Of a stretch of DNA of 64,000 bases, positions 50,664-62,859 are shown piece after piece. The notes below the pieces were generated by a model. The model did no database searches. It had not been told where the DNA came from and worked only from the letters and a program-made list of their open reading frames with translations. How positions within the stretch are numbered: position 1 is the first letter of the stretch; each line of letters begins with the position of its first letter. Both the position numbers and the translations under genes were made by a program. This DNA comes from an uncultured Deinococcaceae bacterium (GTDB lineage Bacteria > Deinococcota > Deinococci > Deinococcales > Deinococcaceae), in contig CAXULY010000016.1 of NCBI GenBank assembly GCA_964252075.1, positions 32,001-96,000 on the forward strand, written 5' to 3'.

Positions 50664-51776
50664 TCAGTCGCCGGGGTTGGCCGCCGCGACGCGCTCCTGC
50701 AGCTTCGCTTCCGGCACGTGACGGCGCACCTCGCGCAGCGCGGAGTGAATGAGCGCGAAGGCGAGGCTCATGGTGAGCAGCGAACTGAAGCCGTAACTCA
50801 CCATGGGGAGCGGCACGCCCGTCACGGGGAAGAGGCCCGCCGCCACCGCGAGGTTCACGAAGGCCTGCCCCACCACCATGTACATCGCGCCGGTCGCCAT
50901 GGTGCTCGCGGCGTGCACCTCGGGCGTCATGGGGCGCACGCGACCCGCGAGTTCCGACACCTGCAGTGCCGTGCTGACCACCAGCCAGTACGCGAAGATC
51001 ACCATCACGACGCCCAGCAGGCCGTTCGAGAAGCCGATGGACGCCACGATCATGTCCGTGTGGTCCGCGCTGTACTGGTAGCGCAGGCCGTCCGGGCCCT
51101 GCCCCCACACGCCGCCGTTCGCGAGGTCGCGGTGCGCGAAGCCGATCTGGTCGAGGCCTAGGGTGGGGGTGGTGTCGCGCGTGATGTGCCCTAGGTACCT
51201 CTTGCGGATGTAATCGTGCGTCTCCAGGTACAGGCTCGCGAAGGGCAGCGCGATTAGGCCCAGCGCGAACAGCAGCCCGGAGATGCTCGTGAAGCGCACG
51301 CCCGCCGCGAACATCAGCACGATGCCGAGGCTGAAGATCAGCACGGTGGTGCCAAGGTCCGGTTCCAGCAGGACCAGCGCGGTCGTCACGACGATCATCA
51401 GCGTGGCGGACAGCAGTTTGCGCTGCACGCCGCGGCGCGCGAAGAAACTCGCGAGTTGCAGGACCAGCGCGAGCTTCGCGAACTCCGAAGGCTGGAATTT
51501 GAAGATGCCGAGGTCCAGCCAGCGTTTGGTGTCCGAGCCGTTGCCGCCCACACCAATGACCAGCGTCACCGCGAGCATCGCGAGGCTCAGCAGCCACACG
51601 GGCGTGGCGAGCGCCATGAAGGCCTTGGGGCGCAGGCGCGACACGAGGAGCGTCACGACCGCCGCGATGGCGACCTTGCTGGCGTGGTCCGGGATGAGTT
51701 CCGGCGCGGCCGTCGCGACGCCCAGCAGGCCCAGGATCAGCAGGATGCACTGCGCGATCACGAGGTTCAGGCTCAC
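50664..51776 (-). CDS. ftsW: SEDS protein FtsW/RodA
   Basis: KRWL, FQPSEFAK, LEPDLGT, HTDMI and PVTGVPLPMVSYG; GTGA overlap with murD. Confidence 0.93.
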   Translation of the reverse strand: MSLNLVIAQCILLILGLLGVATAAPELIPDHASKVAIAAVVTLLVSRLRPKAFMALATPVWLLSLAMLAVTLVIGVGGNGSDTKRWLDLGIFKFQPSEFAKLALVLQLASFFARRGVQRKLLSATLMIVVTTALVLLEPDLGTTVLIFSLGIVLMFAAGVRFTSISGLLFALGLIALPFASLYLETHDYIRKRYLGHITRDTTPTLGLDQIGFAHRDLANGGVWGQGPDGLRYQYSADHTDMIVASIGFSNGLLGVVMVIFAYWLVVSTALQVSELAGRVRPMTPEVHAASTMATGAMYMVVGQAFVNLAVAAGLFPVTGVPLPMVSYGFSSLLTMSLAFALIHSALREVRRHVPEAKLQERVAAANPGD

Positions 51777-53074
51777 GCGCGCACCCCTTCCGCGGTGACG
51801 GCGCGCGCCGCCGCCGCGAAGGCCGCGCCGCGCGCCTTGTAGTCCGGGAACAGGTCGAAGCTCGTGCCGAGGGGCGCGAGCAGCACGGTCCCGCCGTCTA
51901 GTAGGGCCGCGCATGCCGCCTCGACCGCCGCGCGCATGATGGCCGCGCCGTCCGCGCCCTCCACGAGCGTGACCGGCAGGCCACAGGCGCGCTCGTAGTG
52001 CCGCGCGAACTTCGCGCCGTCCTCCCCGAAGCCGATCACGCGCGCGACCTTCTGCCGCGCGAGGTCCTCCAGCGCCTCCAGTTCCGCGCCCTTGTCGCGC
52101 CCACCCACCAGCCACGCGATGGGCGCCGCCGCGCGCTCCAGCGCCGCGCGCACCGCGAGCGTGCGGGTGGCGATGCTGTCCTCCACGAAGCGCACGCCGC
52201 CGCGCGCCGCGACCGTCTCGAAGCGCCCGGGAACGGGGGTGGTGTGTGCCAGGGCCGCGCGCCACTCGGGGGCGCTCACCGTGCGCCCGCCCGCGCGCAG
52301 CCACGCGTCCACTGCGAGCAGGGCCGCGGCGGCGTTCGCGGGGTGGTGGCCATCCGGCAGGTCACGGACGTCCGCGACTTCCTCGCCGTCCAGGTTCACG
52401 AGGCGCTCGGCGCTGAAGTGCCGCACGCGCGCCCGCGTGGGCAGGTCCAGGCCCTCCGGGAGCAGCAACCAGTCCTCGGGTATCTGCGCCGCCGTGATGT
52501 GGCGCTTCGCGGCGTGGTACGCTTCCACGCTGCCGTGGCGGTCCAGGTGATCCACGCCGAGGTTCGTGATGACCGCCACCTGCGGGCGGAAGCGATCCAC
52601 GCGTTCCAGCTGGAAGCTGGACAGCTCGCACACCGCCACCTCGCACGCGCCCACGAGGTCCGTGAGGGGCGGGTCGAAGTTCCCGCCCAGCCCGGCGTTC
52701 ACGCCGAGCGCGCGCAGCAGCTGCCAGATCAGGCTGCTCGTGCCGCCCTTCCCGGCGGTGCCCGTCACGCCGATGATGGGCAGTTCCGGGTGCGTCTCGA
52801 ACACCAGTTCCGCCTCCCCGATCACGCGGGCGCCCAGCGCGCGCAGGGCCAGCAGGTCCGGATGGTCGATGGGCACGCCCGGCGCGGCCACCACGGTGGC
52901 GTGGGCGCCGCGCGGGTCGCCCGCCGGGGCGCCCAGCAGGGTCATGAGGGCAAGGCTCTCGGGGTCGGGGCGGGCGTCGAACCACGCGAAGGGACGCCCC
53001 TCACGCGCGAGCAGGCGGGCCACGCCGCGACCGCTGCGCCCGAGGCCGTACACCAAGAGGTCGGGGTGGGGCAT
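51773..53074 (-). CDS. murD: UDP-N-acetylmuramoyl-L-alanine--D-glutamate ligase
   Basis: GLGRSG, TGTAGKGGT, ELSSFQL, DHLDRH, GGRDKG and SFDLF.DY.ARG. Confidence 0.93.
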   Translation of the reverse strand: MPHPDLLVYGLGRSGRGVARLLAREGRPFAWFDARPDPESLALMTLLGAPAGDPRGAHATVVAAPGVPIDHPDLLALRALGARVIGEAELVFETHPELPIIGVTGTAGKGGTSSLIWQLLRALGVNAGLGGNFDPPLTDLVGACEVAVCELSSFQLERVDRFRPQVAVITNLGVDHLDRHGSVEAYHAAKRHITAAQIPEDWLLLPEGLDLPTRARVRHFSAERLVNLDGEEVADVRDLPDGHHPANAAAALLAVDAWLRAGGRTVSAPEWRAALAHTTPVPGRFETVAARGGVRFVEDSIATRTLAVRAALERAAAPIAWLVGGRDKGAELEALEDLARQKVARVIGFGEDGAKFARHYERACGLPVTLVEGADGAAIMRAAVEAACAALLDGGTVLLAPLGTSFDLFPDYKARGAAFAAAARAVTAEGVRA

Positions 53075-53207
53075 GGCGGCATTCACTGAGCCTCAGGGTA
53101 ATACAGATGCGCCGCTGGAAGGTCAAAACCCCGCTTTGGCGGCCACCATTCAGGGCTCAGCGCATGAAGCCAGCATGAAAGCGCCGCGCGGGTACACTGG
53201 GGCAGCT

Positions 53208-54278
53208 ATGTGGCTGAACCTGCTGCTCCTCTTCGTGCCCGTCGCCTTCGTGCTGGAGTACACGCACGCGAACGGCACCTGGGTGTTCGCGGCGAGCGCC
53301 CTCGCGATCCTGCCGCTCGCGGGCCTCATGGGCCGCGCCACCGAGGAACTCGCCGCGCGCACCGGCGCCACCATCGGCGGGCTCCTGAACGCCACCTTCG
53401 GCAACGCGACGGAACTCATCATCGCGCTGTTCGCGCTGCGCGCCGGGCAGATCGAGGTGGTGAAGGCCAGCATCATCGGTTCCCTGCTCGGAAACCTGCT
53501 GCTCGTGATGGGCGCCTCCCTGCTGCTCGGCGGACTGAAGTACAAGGTGCAGCGCTTCAACCGCGGCAGCGCCACCACCATCACGTCCCTGCTCACCATC
53601 AGCGTGATCGCGCTCCTGATCCCCACCATCTTCAACCTGAGCGCGCGCGCGACCGTCGGCGCGGCGGGCGCCCAGCGCCTCGACGTGTCCCTGAGTGACG
53701 CGGCCGCCATCGTGCTGATCGTGCTGTACGCTGCGAACATCATCTTCACGCTCGTCACGCACCGCGACCACCTCGCGGGCGAGGACGAGGAGGGCGAGGC
53801 GCACGCGCCCGCCTGGAGTGTGCCTGTCGCGGTGGGCGTGCTGGTGGGCGCGACGGTGCTGGTGGGTTTCATGTCGGAGTTCCTGGTGGGCAGCCTGGAG
53901 ACCGCCACGTCCGCGCTGGGCCTCAGCGAGTTCTTCGTGGGCCTCATCCTCATTCCGATCATCGGGAACGCGGCGGAACACGCCGCCGCCGTGACCTTCG
54001 CGCTCAAGAACAAGATGGACCTCGTGGTGGGCATCGCGCTGGGCTCCACCGTGCAGGTGGCGCTGCTCGTCGCGCCCGTGCTGGTCCTGGCGGGCCTGCT
54101 GTTCGGGCAGCCCATGGACCTCGTGGTGACGCCGCTGGAACTCGTGGCGGTCGCGGCGGCCGTCGTGATTGCGAACAGCGTCGTGCGGGACGGCGAGACG
54201 AACTGGCTGGAGGGCACGCTGCTGCTCGGCGTGTACGCCATCCTGGCCTTCGCGGTGTTCTACTTCCCCGCGAAGTGA
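53208..54278 (+). CDS. Ca2+/H+ antiporter (CAX/ChaA family)
   Basis: Alpha repeats LLNATFGNATE and IIGNAAEH; DGETNWLEG. Confidence 0.93.
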   Translation: MWLNLLLLFVPVAFVLEYTHANGTWVFAASALAILPLAGLMGRATEELAARTGATIGGLLNATFGNATELIIALFALRAGQIEVVKASIIGSLLGNLLLVMGASLLLGGLKYKVQRFNRGSATTITSLLTISVIALLIPTIFNLSARATVGAAGAQRLDVSLSDAAAIVLIVLYAANIIFTLVTHRDHLAGEDEEGEAHAPAWSVPVAVGVLVGATVLVGFMSEFLVGSLETATSALGLSEFFVGLILIPIIGNAAEHAAAVTFALKNKMDLVVGIALGSTVQVALLVAPVLVLAGLLFGQPMDLVVTPLELVAVAAAVVIANSVVRDGETNWLEGTLLLGVYAILAFAVFYFPAK

Positions 54279-54311
54279 AGCGGGCCGGTCGCGCGACCGG
54301 CCCCCCTGCGA

Positions 54312-56114
54312 TCAGCTGCCGCGCGCGTCCAGCAGGCGTTCCAGCTGGTCCACCATGCGGCCCAGCGTCCGGAAGCCCCGCTCGATGGGCTCCGGCGTGC
54401 TGAGGTCCACGCCCGCGAGCTTCAGGGCCTCCAGGGACGGCAGGCTGGTGCCCGCGCGCAGGAACGCCAGGTAGTGATCCCGCGCGCCCGGCTCGCCCGC
54501 CAGCACGCCCTCGGAGAGCGCCGCCGCGCACGAGATGCCCACCGTGTACTCGAAGGTGTAGAACGGCGAGTACAGGTGCCCGAACTGCGCCCACATCATC
54601 GCGGCGCGCTCGTCCACTTCCACGTCCGGCCCGAAGCCCTCGCGCAGCAGCGCCGCCATGATGTCGCTCAGGCGGTCCGCCGTGAGGCCCTCGCCGCGGT
54701 CCACGGCGTCGTGCACCGCCAGCTCGAAGCGCGCCAGGAGCGGCATCTGGAAGAAGTACCGGTAGAAGTTCGCGAAGCCCTCGTCCAGCACCGCGAGTTG
54801 CAGTTCCGGGTCGCTCTCCTGCGCGAGCAGGTGCGCGCGCAGCAGCATCTGCCCGAAGTTCGACGGCACCTCGCACTCCAGGCTCCCCATGTCGTGGTAC
54901 ACGGGCGGCTGCGCGGCGTTGAAGCTCACCTGGTGCATGGCGTGTCCCAGCTCGTGCGCCAGCACCCCTACGCTCGGGAAGGTGCCGGAGTAACTCATCA
55001 GCACGAAGGGCTGCGCCTCCATGCCCGCCGAGAACTGCGCGGCGGGCTTGCCCTCCGCCGGGAACACGTCCACCCAGCGGCCCTCCTCCAAGCCCCGGCG
55101 CAGGGTCTGCGCGTACTCCTCCCCGAGCGGCGCGACGCTCGCGAGGATCATCTCGGTCGCCTCCCCGTACGGGATGGCGCGCGCGCCGCGCGCGAGGGGC
55201 GCGTGCACGTCCTCCGGCCCCAGGCGCTCCACGCCCAGCGCGCGGCGCCGCACCTCGAAGTAGCGGTGCCACACGGGCGCGTTCGCCTGGAAGCCCTCCA
55301 CCACCGCCTGCAGCGCCGCCATGGAGGAGCGCTTCTCGCCCAGCACGCCCGCCGCGCTCGACGGGTACCCGCGCACGCGCGCGTTGAAGGACGCCTGCTT
55401 CACGCGCGTGACGTACAGGTCCGCGAGGGTGTTGCGGTGCGCGAGGTACGCGTCCGCGAAGGACTCGAAGGCCGCGCGGCGCACGCTGCGGTCCGGGTCG
55501 TTCCACAGGCGCATCACGGTGCTCTGACTGACCGGCACCTCCCCGGCGGGCGTGCGGACGGGCGCGAACTGCAGGTCGGAGTCCGTGAGGCTCTCGTACG
55601 CGCGGCCCGTGCCGTCGAAGGGCAGCAGCGCCTGCCCCAGCACCGCCTCCACCTCCGCCGAACGCACGTGCGCCCGGCGCTCCTCAATGCGCTGGAACAG
55701 CGCGCCGTACAGCGCGAGGTCCGGCTCGTCCCGCACCAGCTCGCGCACCCGCGCCTCCCCGAGCGCCAGGAACTCCGGCTCGAAGAACGCGGCGGCGCTC
55801 GCCGCACGGGCGGGCAGGCCCGCCACGCGCGCCGCCCGGCCCCGCGCGGTCTGGTCGCGCGTGTCCAGCGCCGTGCCCAGGTACCCGTAGTAGTACACGC
55901 GGCGCATCCGCACCGTCACGTCGTCCGCCGCCCGCAGGTACGCGAGGAGCGACGCGCCGGAGGTGCCCAGCGTGCCCGCGTGGGCGGTGAGGGCGTCCAC
56001 GGCGGCCTCCACCGCCTGCAATTCCGCCTCCCAGGCGTCGGGCGTGCTGAACAGGGCGGCGAGGTTCCAGGTGTAACGCGGGTCGATGCTCGCGCGGTCT
56101 GCAGCTTGCGTCAT
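54312..56114 (-). CDS. pepF: Oligoendopeptidase F (M3B family)
   Basis: YTWNL..LF, RWVDV, HELGHAMH zinc motif and HLY.PFY.F.Y. Confidence 0.9.
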   Translation of the reverse strand: MTQAADRASIDPRYTWNLAALFSTPDAWEAELQAVEAAVDALTAHAGTLGTSGASLLAYLRAADDVTVRMRRVYYYGYLGTALDTRDQTARGRAARVAGLPARAASAAAFFEPEFLALGEARVRELVRDEPDLALYGALFQRIEERRAHVRSAEVEAVLGQALLPFDGTGRAYESLTDSDLQFAPVRTPAGEVPVSQSTVMRLWNDPDRSVRRAAFESFADAYLAHRNTLADLYVTRVKQASFNARVRGYPSSAAGVLGEKRSSMAALQAVVEGFQANAPVWHRYFEVRRRALGVERLGPEDVHAPLARGARAIPYGEATEMILASVAPLGEEYAQTLRRGLEEGRWVDVFPAEGKPAAQFSAGMEAQPFVLMSYSGTFPSVGVLAHELGHAMHQVSFNAAQPPVYHDMGSLECEVPSNFGQMLLRAHLLAQESDPELQLAVLDEGFANFYRYFFQMPLLARFELAVHDAVDRGEGLTADRLSDIMAALLREGFGPDVEVDERAAMMWAQFGHLYSPFYTFEYTVGISCAAALSEGVLAGEPGARDHYLAFLRAGTSLPSLEALKLAGVDLSTPEPIERGFRTLGRMVDQLERLLDARGS

Positions 56115-56189
56115 GCCCCCGATTCAAGCACGGACGGCGCCAGGCTAGGCAAAAGGGCGTAGAGGTCGGGCGCTCTCAGGCCACCAAAG

Positions 56190-56227
56190 CGTCCGGGCCC
56201 GTGGAGTGCTTCCCACGGGCCCGGACG
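56190..56227 (-). terminator. Terminator hairpin after cdd
   Basis: 15-bp stem CGTCCGGGCCCGTGG / CCACGGGCCCGGACG followed by CTTT on the minus strand. Confidence 0.65.
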
Positions 56228-56234
56228 ACCGACG

Positions 56235-56630
56235 TCACTCCTGGTGTTCCAGCCGGAAGCCGTGCGGCAGAAAATCCGCGACGGTGCCCGTCACGGCCTC
56301 GCCCAGGTGGTTCACGCAGGTCACGCTGGCGTCCGGCGCGAACTCGAACAGCACCTGACGGCACGCACCGCACGGACTGGCGGGCGGGCTGGACTCGCTG
56401 TACACCACCACCTCCGTGAAGCGCCGCTGCCCGGCCGTCGCGAGCGCCTGCACGGCGCTCTGCTCCGCGCAGCGGCCCAGGCCGTAACTGGCGTTCTCCA
56501 CGTTCGCGCCCGCGAACACACGGCCGTCCGGCGCGCGCAGCGCGGCGCCCACGTGGAAGTGACTGTAGGGGGCGTAGGCGTTCTTGAAGGCCGCCTGCGC
56601 GGCGGCGAGCAGTTCAGGGTCGGGCGTCAT
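56235..56630 (-). CDS. cdd: Cytidine deaminase
   Basis: AYAPYS.FHVGAA, NVENASYG..CAE and PCGACRQ. Confidence 0.96.
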   Translation of the reverse strand: MTPDPELLAAAQAAFKNAYAPYSHFHVGAALRAPDGRVFAGANVENASYGLGRCAEQSAVQALATAGQRRFTEVVVYSESSPPASPCGACRQVLFEFAPDASVTCVNHLGEAVTGTVADFLPHGFRLEHQE

Positions 56631-56667
56631 GCGCCCCGACTCTAGAGCATCCCCGGCGAGGCGGGTG

Positions 56668-58023
56668 TCAGGCTTCACGCGGCTGCACCTCCTCGACGGG
56701 CTCCTCGCCCTCCGCGTGCTGGGTGTTCAGGCGCGTGGCGCGCACGCGCGTGACGCGGCGCTGGTCGGCGGCCTCCACCGTGAACTCCCAGCCGAGGTAA
56801 TCGAAGTGCTCGCCCGGTTCGGGGATGTACCCGAAGTGGTGCGTCACGAAGCCCGCGAGGGTGTCGAACTCGCCCTCCTCGTCGTCCTCCAGGCTGATGC
56901 CGAGGCGTTCCTCCACCTCGAAGCGCCCGAGCGCGGCGTCCATCAGGTACACGCCGTCCGCGAGCTGCACGACCTGGCTTTCCTCCTCCTCGTCCGTCTC
57001 GTCGTAGATCTCCCCGACGATTTCCTCCAACACGTCCTCCAGCGTCACGAGGCCGGAGGTGCCGCCGAACTCGTCCACCACGATCGCGAGGTGGCTCTTC
57101 TTCTCACGCATGAGGCGCATCAGGTCGCTCACGCGCATGCCTTCCGGCACGAAGAAAGTTGGGCGGATCACGTCGCGCACCACCTGCACGTCCATGTCGT
57201 TCAGGTGCTTCAGCACGTCCGCCGTGTGAATGACGCCCACGATGTTGTCGGCGGTCTCGTCGAAGGCGGGCACGCGCGAGTACCCGTGCTCCGCGAAGAC
57301 CTCCAGCACCCGTGTGAGGGGTGCCTGCGCGTCAATCACGACCATGTCCACGCGCGGCGTCATGATGGAGCGCACCATGGTGTCCGACAGGTCGAAGACG
57401 TTGTACACGAGTTCCTTCTCGTCGTCCTCCAACACACCCTCCTGGCTGGACGCCGAGACGATCATGCGGATCTCCTCTTCGCTGTGCGCCGTGTGGTGCC
57501 CCGCGACGGGCTTGAAGCCGAAGGCGCGCAGCGCGAGGCCGCCCAGGCCGTTGAGGCCCAGGATGATGGGGCGGAAGATCGCCGTGAACGCCACGAGCGG
57601 CGGCGTGAAGATCAGCGCGGCGCGCTCGTTGCGCTGCAGCGCCGCGGACTTCGGGAACAGCTCGCCGAACACGATGTGCAGCGTCGTGCTGAGCACGAAG
57701 GCCAGCAGGAAGCTCAGGGTGTGCTGCCAGTTCTCCGGGATGCTGAGGCGCGCGAACAGGGGCTCCGCGAGGTGCTCGATGGCGGGCTCCGCGATGAAGC
57801 CGATCAGGAGGGACATCATGGAAACGCCCAGCTGAATGCTCGCGATGTACAGGTTCAGGTCGGTCAGCACGCGCTGCACGAGGCGCGCGGCGGCGACGCC
57901 CTCATCGGCCAGCTGGTCGATGCGGGTGCGCCTCACGCTCACCAGGGCGTACTCGGCCGCCACGAAGTAACCATTGGCCAGCACCAGGAACAGCAGTGAG
58001 GCCACACGAATCCAATCATTCAT
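56668..58023 (-). CDS. Hemolysin/CorC (DUF21-CBS-CBS-CorC, CNNM-like) Mg2+/Co2+ transport protein
   Basis: [29 protein letters not shown] and [26 protein letters not shown]. Confidence 0.93.
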   Translation of the reverse strand: MNDWIRVASLLFLVLANGYFVAAEYALVSVRRTRIDQLADEGVAAARLVQRVLTDLNLYIASIQLGVSMMSLLIGFIAEPAIEHLAEPLFARLSIPENWQHTLSFLLAFVLSTTLHIVFGELFPKSAALQRNERAALIFTPPLVAFTAIFRPIILGLNGLGGLALRAFGFKPVAGHHTAHSEEEIRMIVSASSQEGVLEDDEKELVYNVFDLSDTMVRSIMTPRVDMVVIDAQAPLTRVLEVFAEHGYSRVPAFDETADNIVGVIHTADVLKHLNDMDVQVVRDVIRPTFFVPEGMRVSDLMRLMREKKSHLAIVVDEFGGTSGLVTLEDVLEEIVGEIYDETDEEEESQVVQLADGVYLMDAALGRFEVEERLGISLEDDEEGEFDTLAGFVTHHFGYIPEPGEHFDYLGWEFTVEAADQRRVTRVRATRLNTQHAEGEEPVEEVQPREA

Positions 58024-58250
58024 TTCTCAGGCGCGCTCCAACGCGCCGAAGCTGCCGCCCCACTGATTCGGGCACAGCTCCTCGGGAGACGCGACCGGCG
58101 CTCCACGCTCTCACCCCGCGCGCCTTGCGGCGCGGCAACACGAAACGTCCGCCTGTGGCGTCTTTCACGCACGGCGGATCGAGCTCGGCGGTGAGCTGTG
58201 GGCAAGCCAGGTCCGCGACTGGGAGGCTCATCCATCAGACGTGCATTCTA
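58020..58250 (-). promoter_or_regulatory. Structured 5' leader with uORF (58235-58020, MDEPPSR...) of the CorC-type gene
   Basis: TAGAAT -10 box (58245-58250), uORF stop overlapping the corC ATG (ATGA), several nested stems. Confidence 0.5.
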
Positions 58251-58283
58251 GCACACCGGGGGCGTGCGCGCTTCAGCGTTCGG

Positions 58284-58646
58284 TCAGGCGCCCAGGCGCT
58301 CCAGCAGGCGCGGCAGCAACTCCACCAGCGCCACCAGCAGCGCGCCCGCGCTGGCGAGCAGGACCGCGCCCGCCGCCGCGTCCTTCGCCGCACCGATGCC
58401 CGGGTGGCGCTCGGGGTGCAGGCGGTCCAGCGCCGCCTCCAGCGCGGAGTTCATGAGTTCCAGGCTCAGCACCAGCGCGCACGAGAGCAGGATGGGGGAG
58501 AGCGGCGCGCGCAGCCACAGCGCGAACCCCACGGCCAGCGCGGCGCACACCAGCTCCACCCGGAAGTTGCGCTGCGTGCGCCACCCGTGCGCCACGCCCC
58601 GCCCCGCGTGCGTGAAGCCGCGCAGGAAGGCCCGCACCTCCCGCAC
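58284..58646 (-). CDS. dgkA: Diacylglycerol/undecaprenol kinase family protein
   Basis: F.HA.RG, QRNFR, ELMNSALE..LD and AKDAAAGAVL. Confidence 0.9.
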   Translation of the reverse strand: MREVRAFLRGFTHAGRGVAHGWRTQRNFRVELVCAALAVGFALWLRAPLSPILLSCALVLSLELMNSALEAALDRLHPERHPGIGAAKDAAAGAVLLASAGALLVALVELLPRLLERLGA

Positions 58647-59111
58647 TCAGGCGCCCGGCAGCGCCCGCTCGGCCGCCTGCCACGACGCGTGGAAGGGCGC
58701 CCACTCCGGGCCGGTGGCGCCCTCCTCGAAGCCCAGGCCCTCGGCGTGCGGGTGGTCGTACCCGGCGAGGTGCGTGAGGCCGTGGCTGGCGAGCAGCGCC
58801 ACCTCCCGCGCGAGGCTGTGCCCGCGCGCCTGCGCCTGACGCGCCGCGGTGTCCAGGCTGATGAAGATGTCGCCCAGGTGCGGCGGCACGAAGGGATCGC
58901 CGGGCACATAGGTGGGGAAGCTCAGCACGTCCGTCGCGGCGTCCTCCCCCCAGTGCTCGCGCTTCAGCGCGCGGATGGCCTGATCGCCCAGCAGCACCAC
59001 CGTCACGCTCTTGTCCGGCAGGCCGAGGTGCTCCAGCACGGCGTCCACCGCCGCGCGCAGGGCGGGCCGCACCCCAGCGGGCGGCGTCTTGCGGATCACG
59101 AGGTCCAGCAT
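58647..59111 (-). CDS. ybeY: rRNA maturation endoribonuclease YbeY
   Basis: TDVLSFP, LGDIFIS and HGLTHLAGYDH. Confidence 0.95.
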   Translation of the reverse strand: MLDLVIRKTPPAGVRPALRAAVDAVLEHLGLPDKSVTVVLLGDQAIRALKREHWGEDAATDVLSFPTYVPGDPFVPPHLGDIFISLDTAARQAQARGHSLAREVALLASHGLTHLAGYDHPHAEGLGFEEGATGPEWAPFHASWQAAERALPGA

Positions 59112-59164
59112 CAGCACGCAGCATAAAGCGGGCGGCCATGTGGCCGCCCGCTGCAGTGACAATC

Positions 59165-60193
<1,029 letters not shown>

Positions 60194-60408
60194 GCGTTCT
60201 CCAGGTGTCTCTGCAACACGGCGGCAATCCCCCACGTGGCATCACGTGCGGGAAGGAGGGGGCTGGGCGTCATTCGGTCCACTCATTTTGGCTCCAGCGG
60301 AACTCCGGGGGCGTGGTGCACTCCACATTGTGCAGGTGGCATAAAGAACAGGCATCCGCCAGGGCGCGCAGGGCGGCTCCGCCAGATGGACGGCGCGAAG
60401 CCCGGATA

Positions 60409-60418
60409 TGTCTAGACA
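60409..60418. promoter_or_regulatory. dre-like operator palindrome TGTCTAGACA (DasR/NagR GntR-family type)
   Basis: Perfect 10-bp palindrome with GTCTAGAC core in the AT-rich promoter region of the chitinase. Confidence 0.55.
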
Positions 60419-60554
60419 GAAAATAGATTTCGCCTCGACACCGCATACTGAAAAATGTTTTTCTGAGCCAGCGCCTTCAACCCAACGCACCAAGGTGGTC
60501 TTCAACCGGCTCACCGTCCGCCCAGCGCGAACGGCACGTCGCCAGGGGGTATCT

Positions 60555-61919
<1,365 letters not shown>

Positions 61920-61929
61920 ACGCCGCGCG

Positions 61930-61962
61930 CGGCGGGCCGCCCTGAGGTGGGGCGGCCCGCCG
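61930..61962 (+). terminator. Hairpin after the chitinase
   Basis: 13-bp stem CGGCGGGCCGCCC / GGGCGGCCCGCCG followed by TTCT. Confidence 0.6.
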
Positions 61963-61978
61963 TTCTATCCTGTTCGGC

Positions 61979-62761
61979 ATGCGCCGCGCCTACCTGTTCG
62001 CCGACCCGGCCAGCCACTCCCGCTCGCCCGCCATGCACACTGCGGCGTTCGCGTGGGCGGGCATCGACGGGCACTACGAGGCGCGGCGCGTGCCGAGCGC
62101 GGACCTGGGCGCCGCCATCGCGGGTCTGCGCGCGCCGGACGTGCTGGGCGCGAACCTCAGCCTGCCGCACAAGGAAGCGGCGCTCGCGCACCTCGACGCG
62201 CTCACGCCCGCCGCGCGCGCCATCGGGGCGGTGAACACCATCGTGCAGGACGGCGGGCGCCTCACGGGCGACAACACGGACGCGCCGGGCCTCCTGCTGG
62301 CCCTCGCGGCCGCGGGCGACCCGGGCGGCCCCGCACTGGTGCTCGGCGCGGGCGGCGCGGCGCGCGCCGCCGTGTGGGCGCTGCTCGGGCAGCGCCGCGA
62401 GGTGTGGATCTGGAACCGCACGCGCGAGAAGGCGGACGCCCTCGCCGCGGACCTCGGCGCGCGCGCCAGTGACGTCCATGACCTGCCCTGGCGGGAGCTG
62501 GGCCTCCTCGTGAATGCCACGAGCGCGGGCCTGAGCGCACCGGACGCCTCGCCGCTCCCGCACGCGCCGGACCTCGCGCCGGGCGCGCTGGTGTACGACA
62601 TGGTGTACCAGCCGCCCGAGACGCGCCTGATGCGCGAGGCGCGCGCGCTGGGCCTCCCCGCCGAGAACGGCCTGACCATGCTGGCGCAGCAGGCGCGCCT
62701 GGCCTTCGCGCTGTGGACGGGAGTGCAGGTGCCCGTCACGGTCTTTCTGAACGCCCTGTGA
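61979..62761 (+). CDS. aroE: Shikimate dehydrogenase
   Basis: HSRSPAMH, GANLSLPHKE, GAVNT, NTD, LGAGGAARA and VYDMVY; TATCCT 7 nt before ATG. Confidence 0.95.
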   Translation: MRRAYLFADPASHSRSPAMHTAAFAWAGIDGHYEARRVPSADLGAAIAGLRAPDVLGANLSLPHKEAALAHLDALTPAARAIGAVNTIVQDGGRLTGDNTDAPGLLLALAAAGDPGGPALVLGAGGAARAAVWALLGQRREVWIWNRTREKADALAADLGARASDVHDLPWRELGLLVNATSAGLSAPDASPLPHAPDLAPGALVYDMVYQPPETRLMREARALGLPAENGLTMLAQQARLAFALWTGVQVPVTVFLNAL

Positions 62762-62859
62762 TGCCCGCACCGTACACTGAGGGGAGCGGCGCCCCACCAG
62801 GAACACCTCCCTCCGGAACCCCCGGTTGAGGCGACCTGAGGCCCGCCGCACGCCCACCC

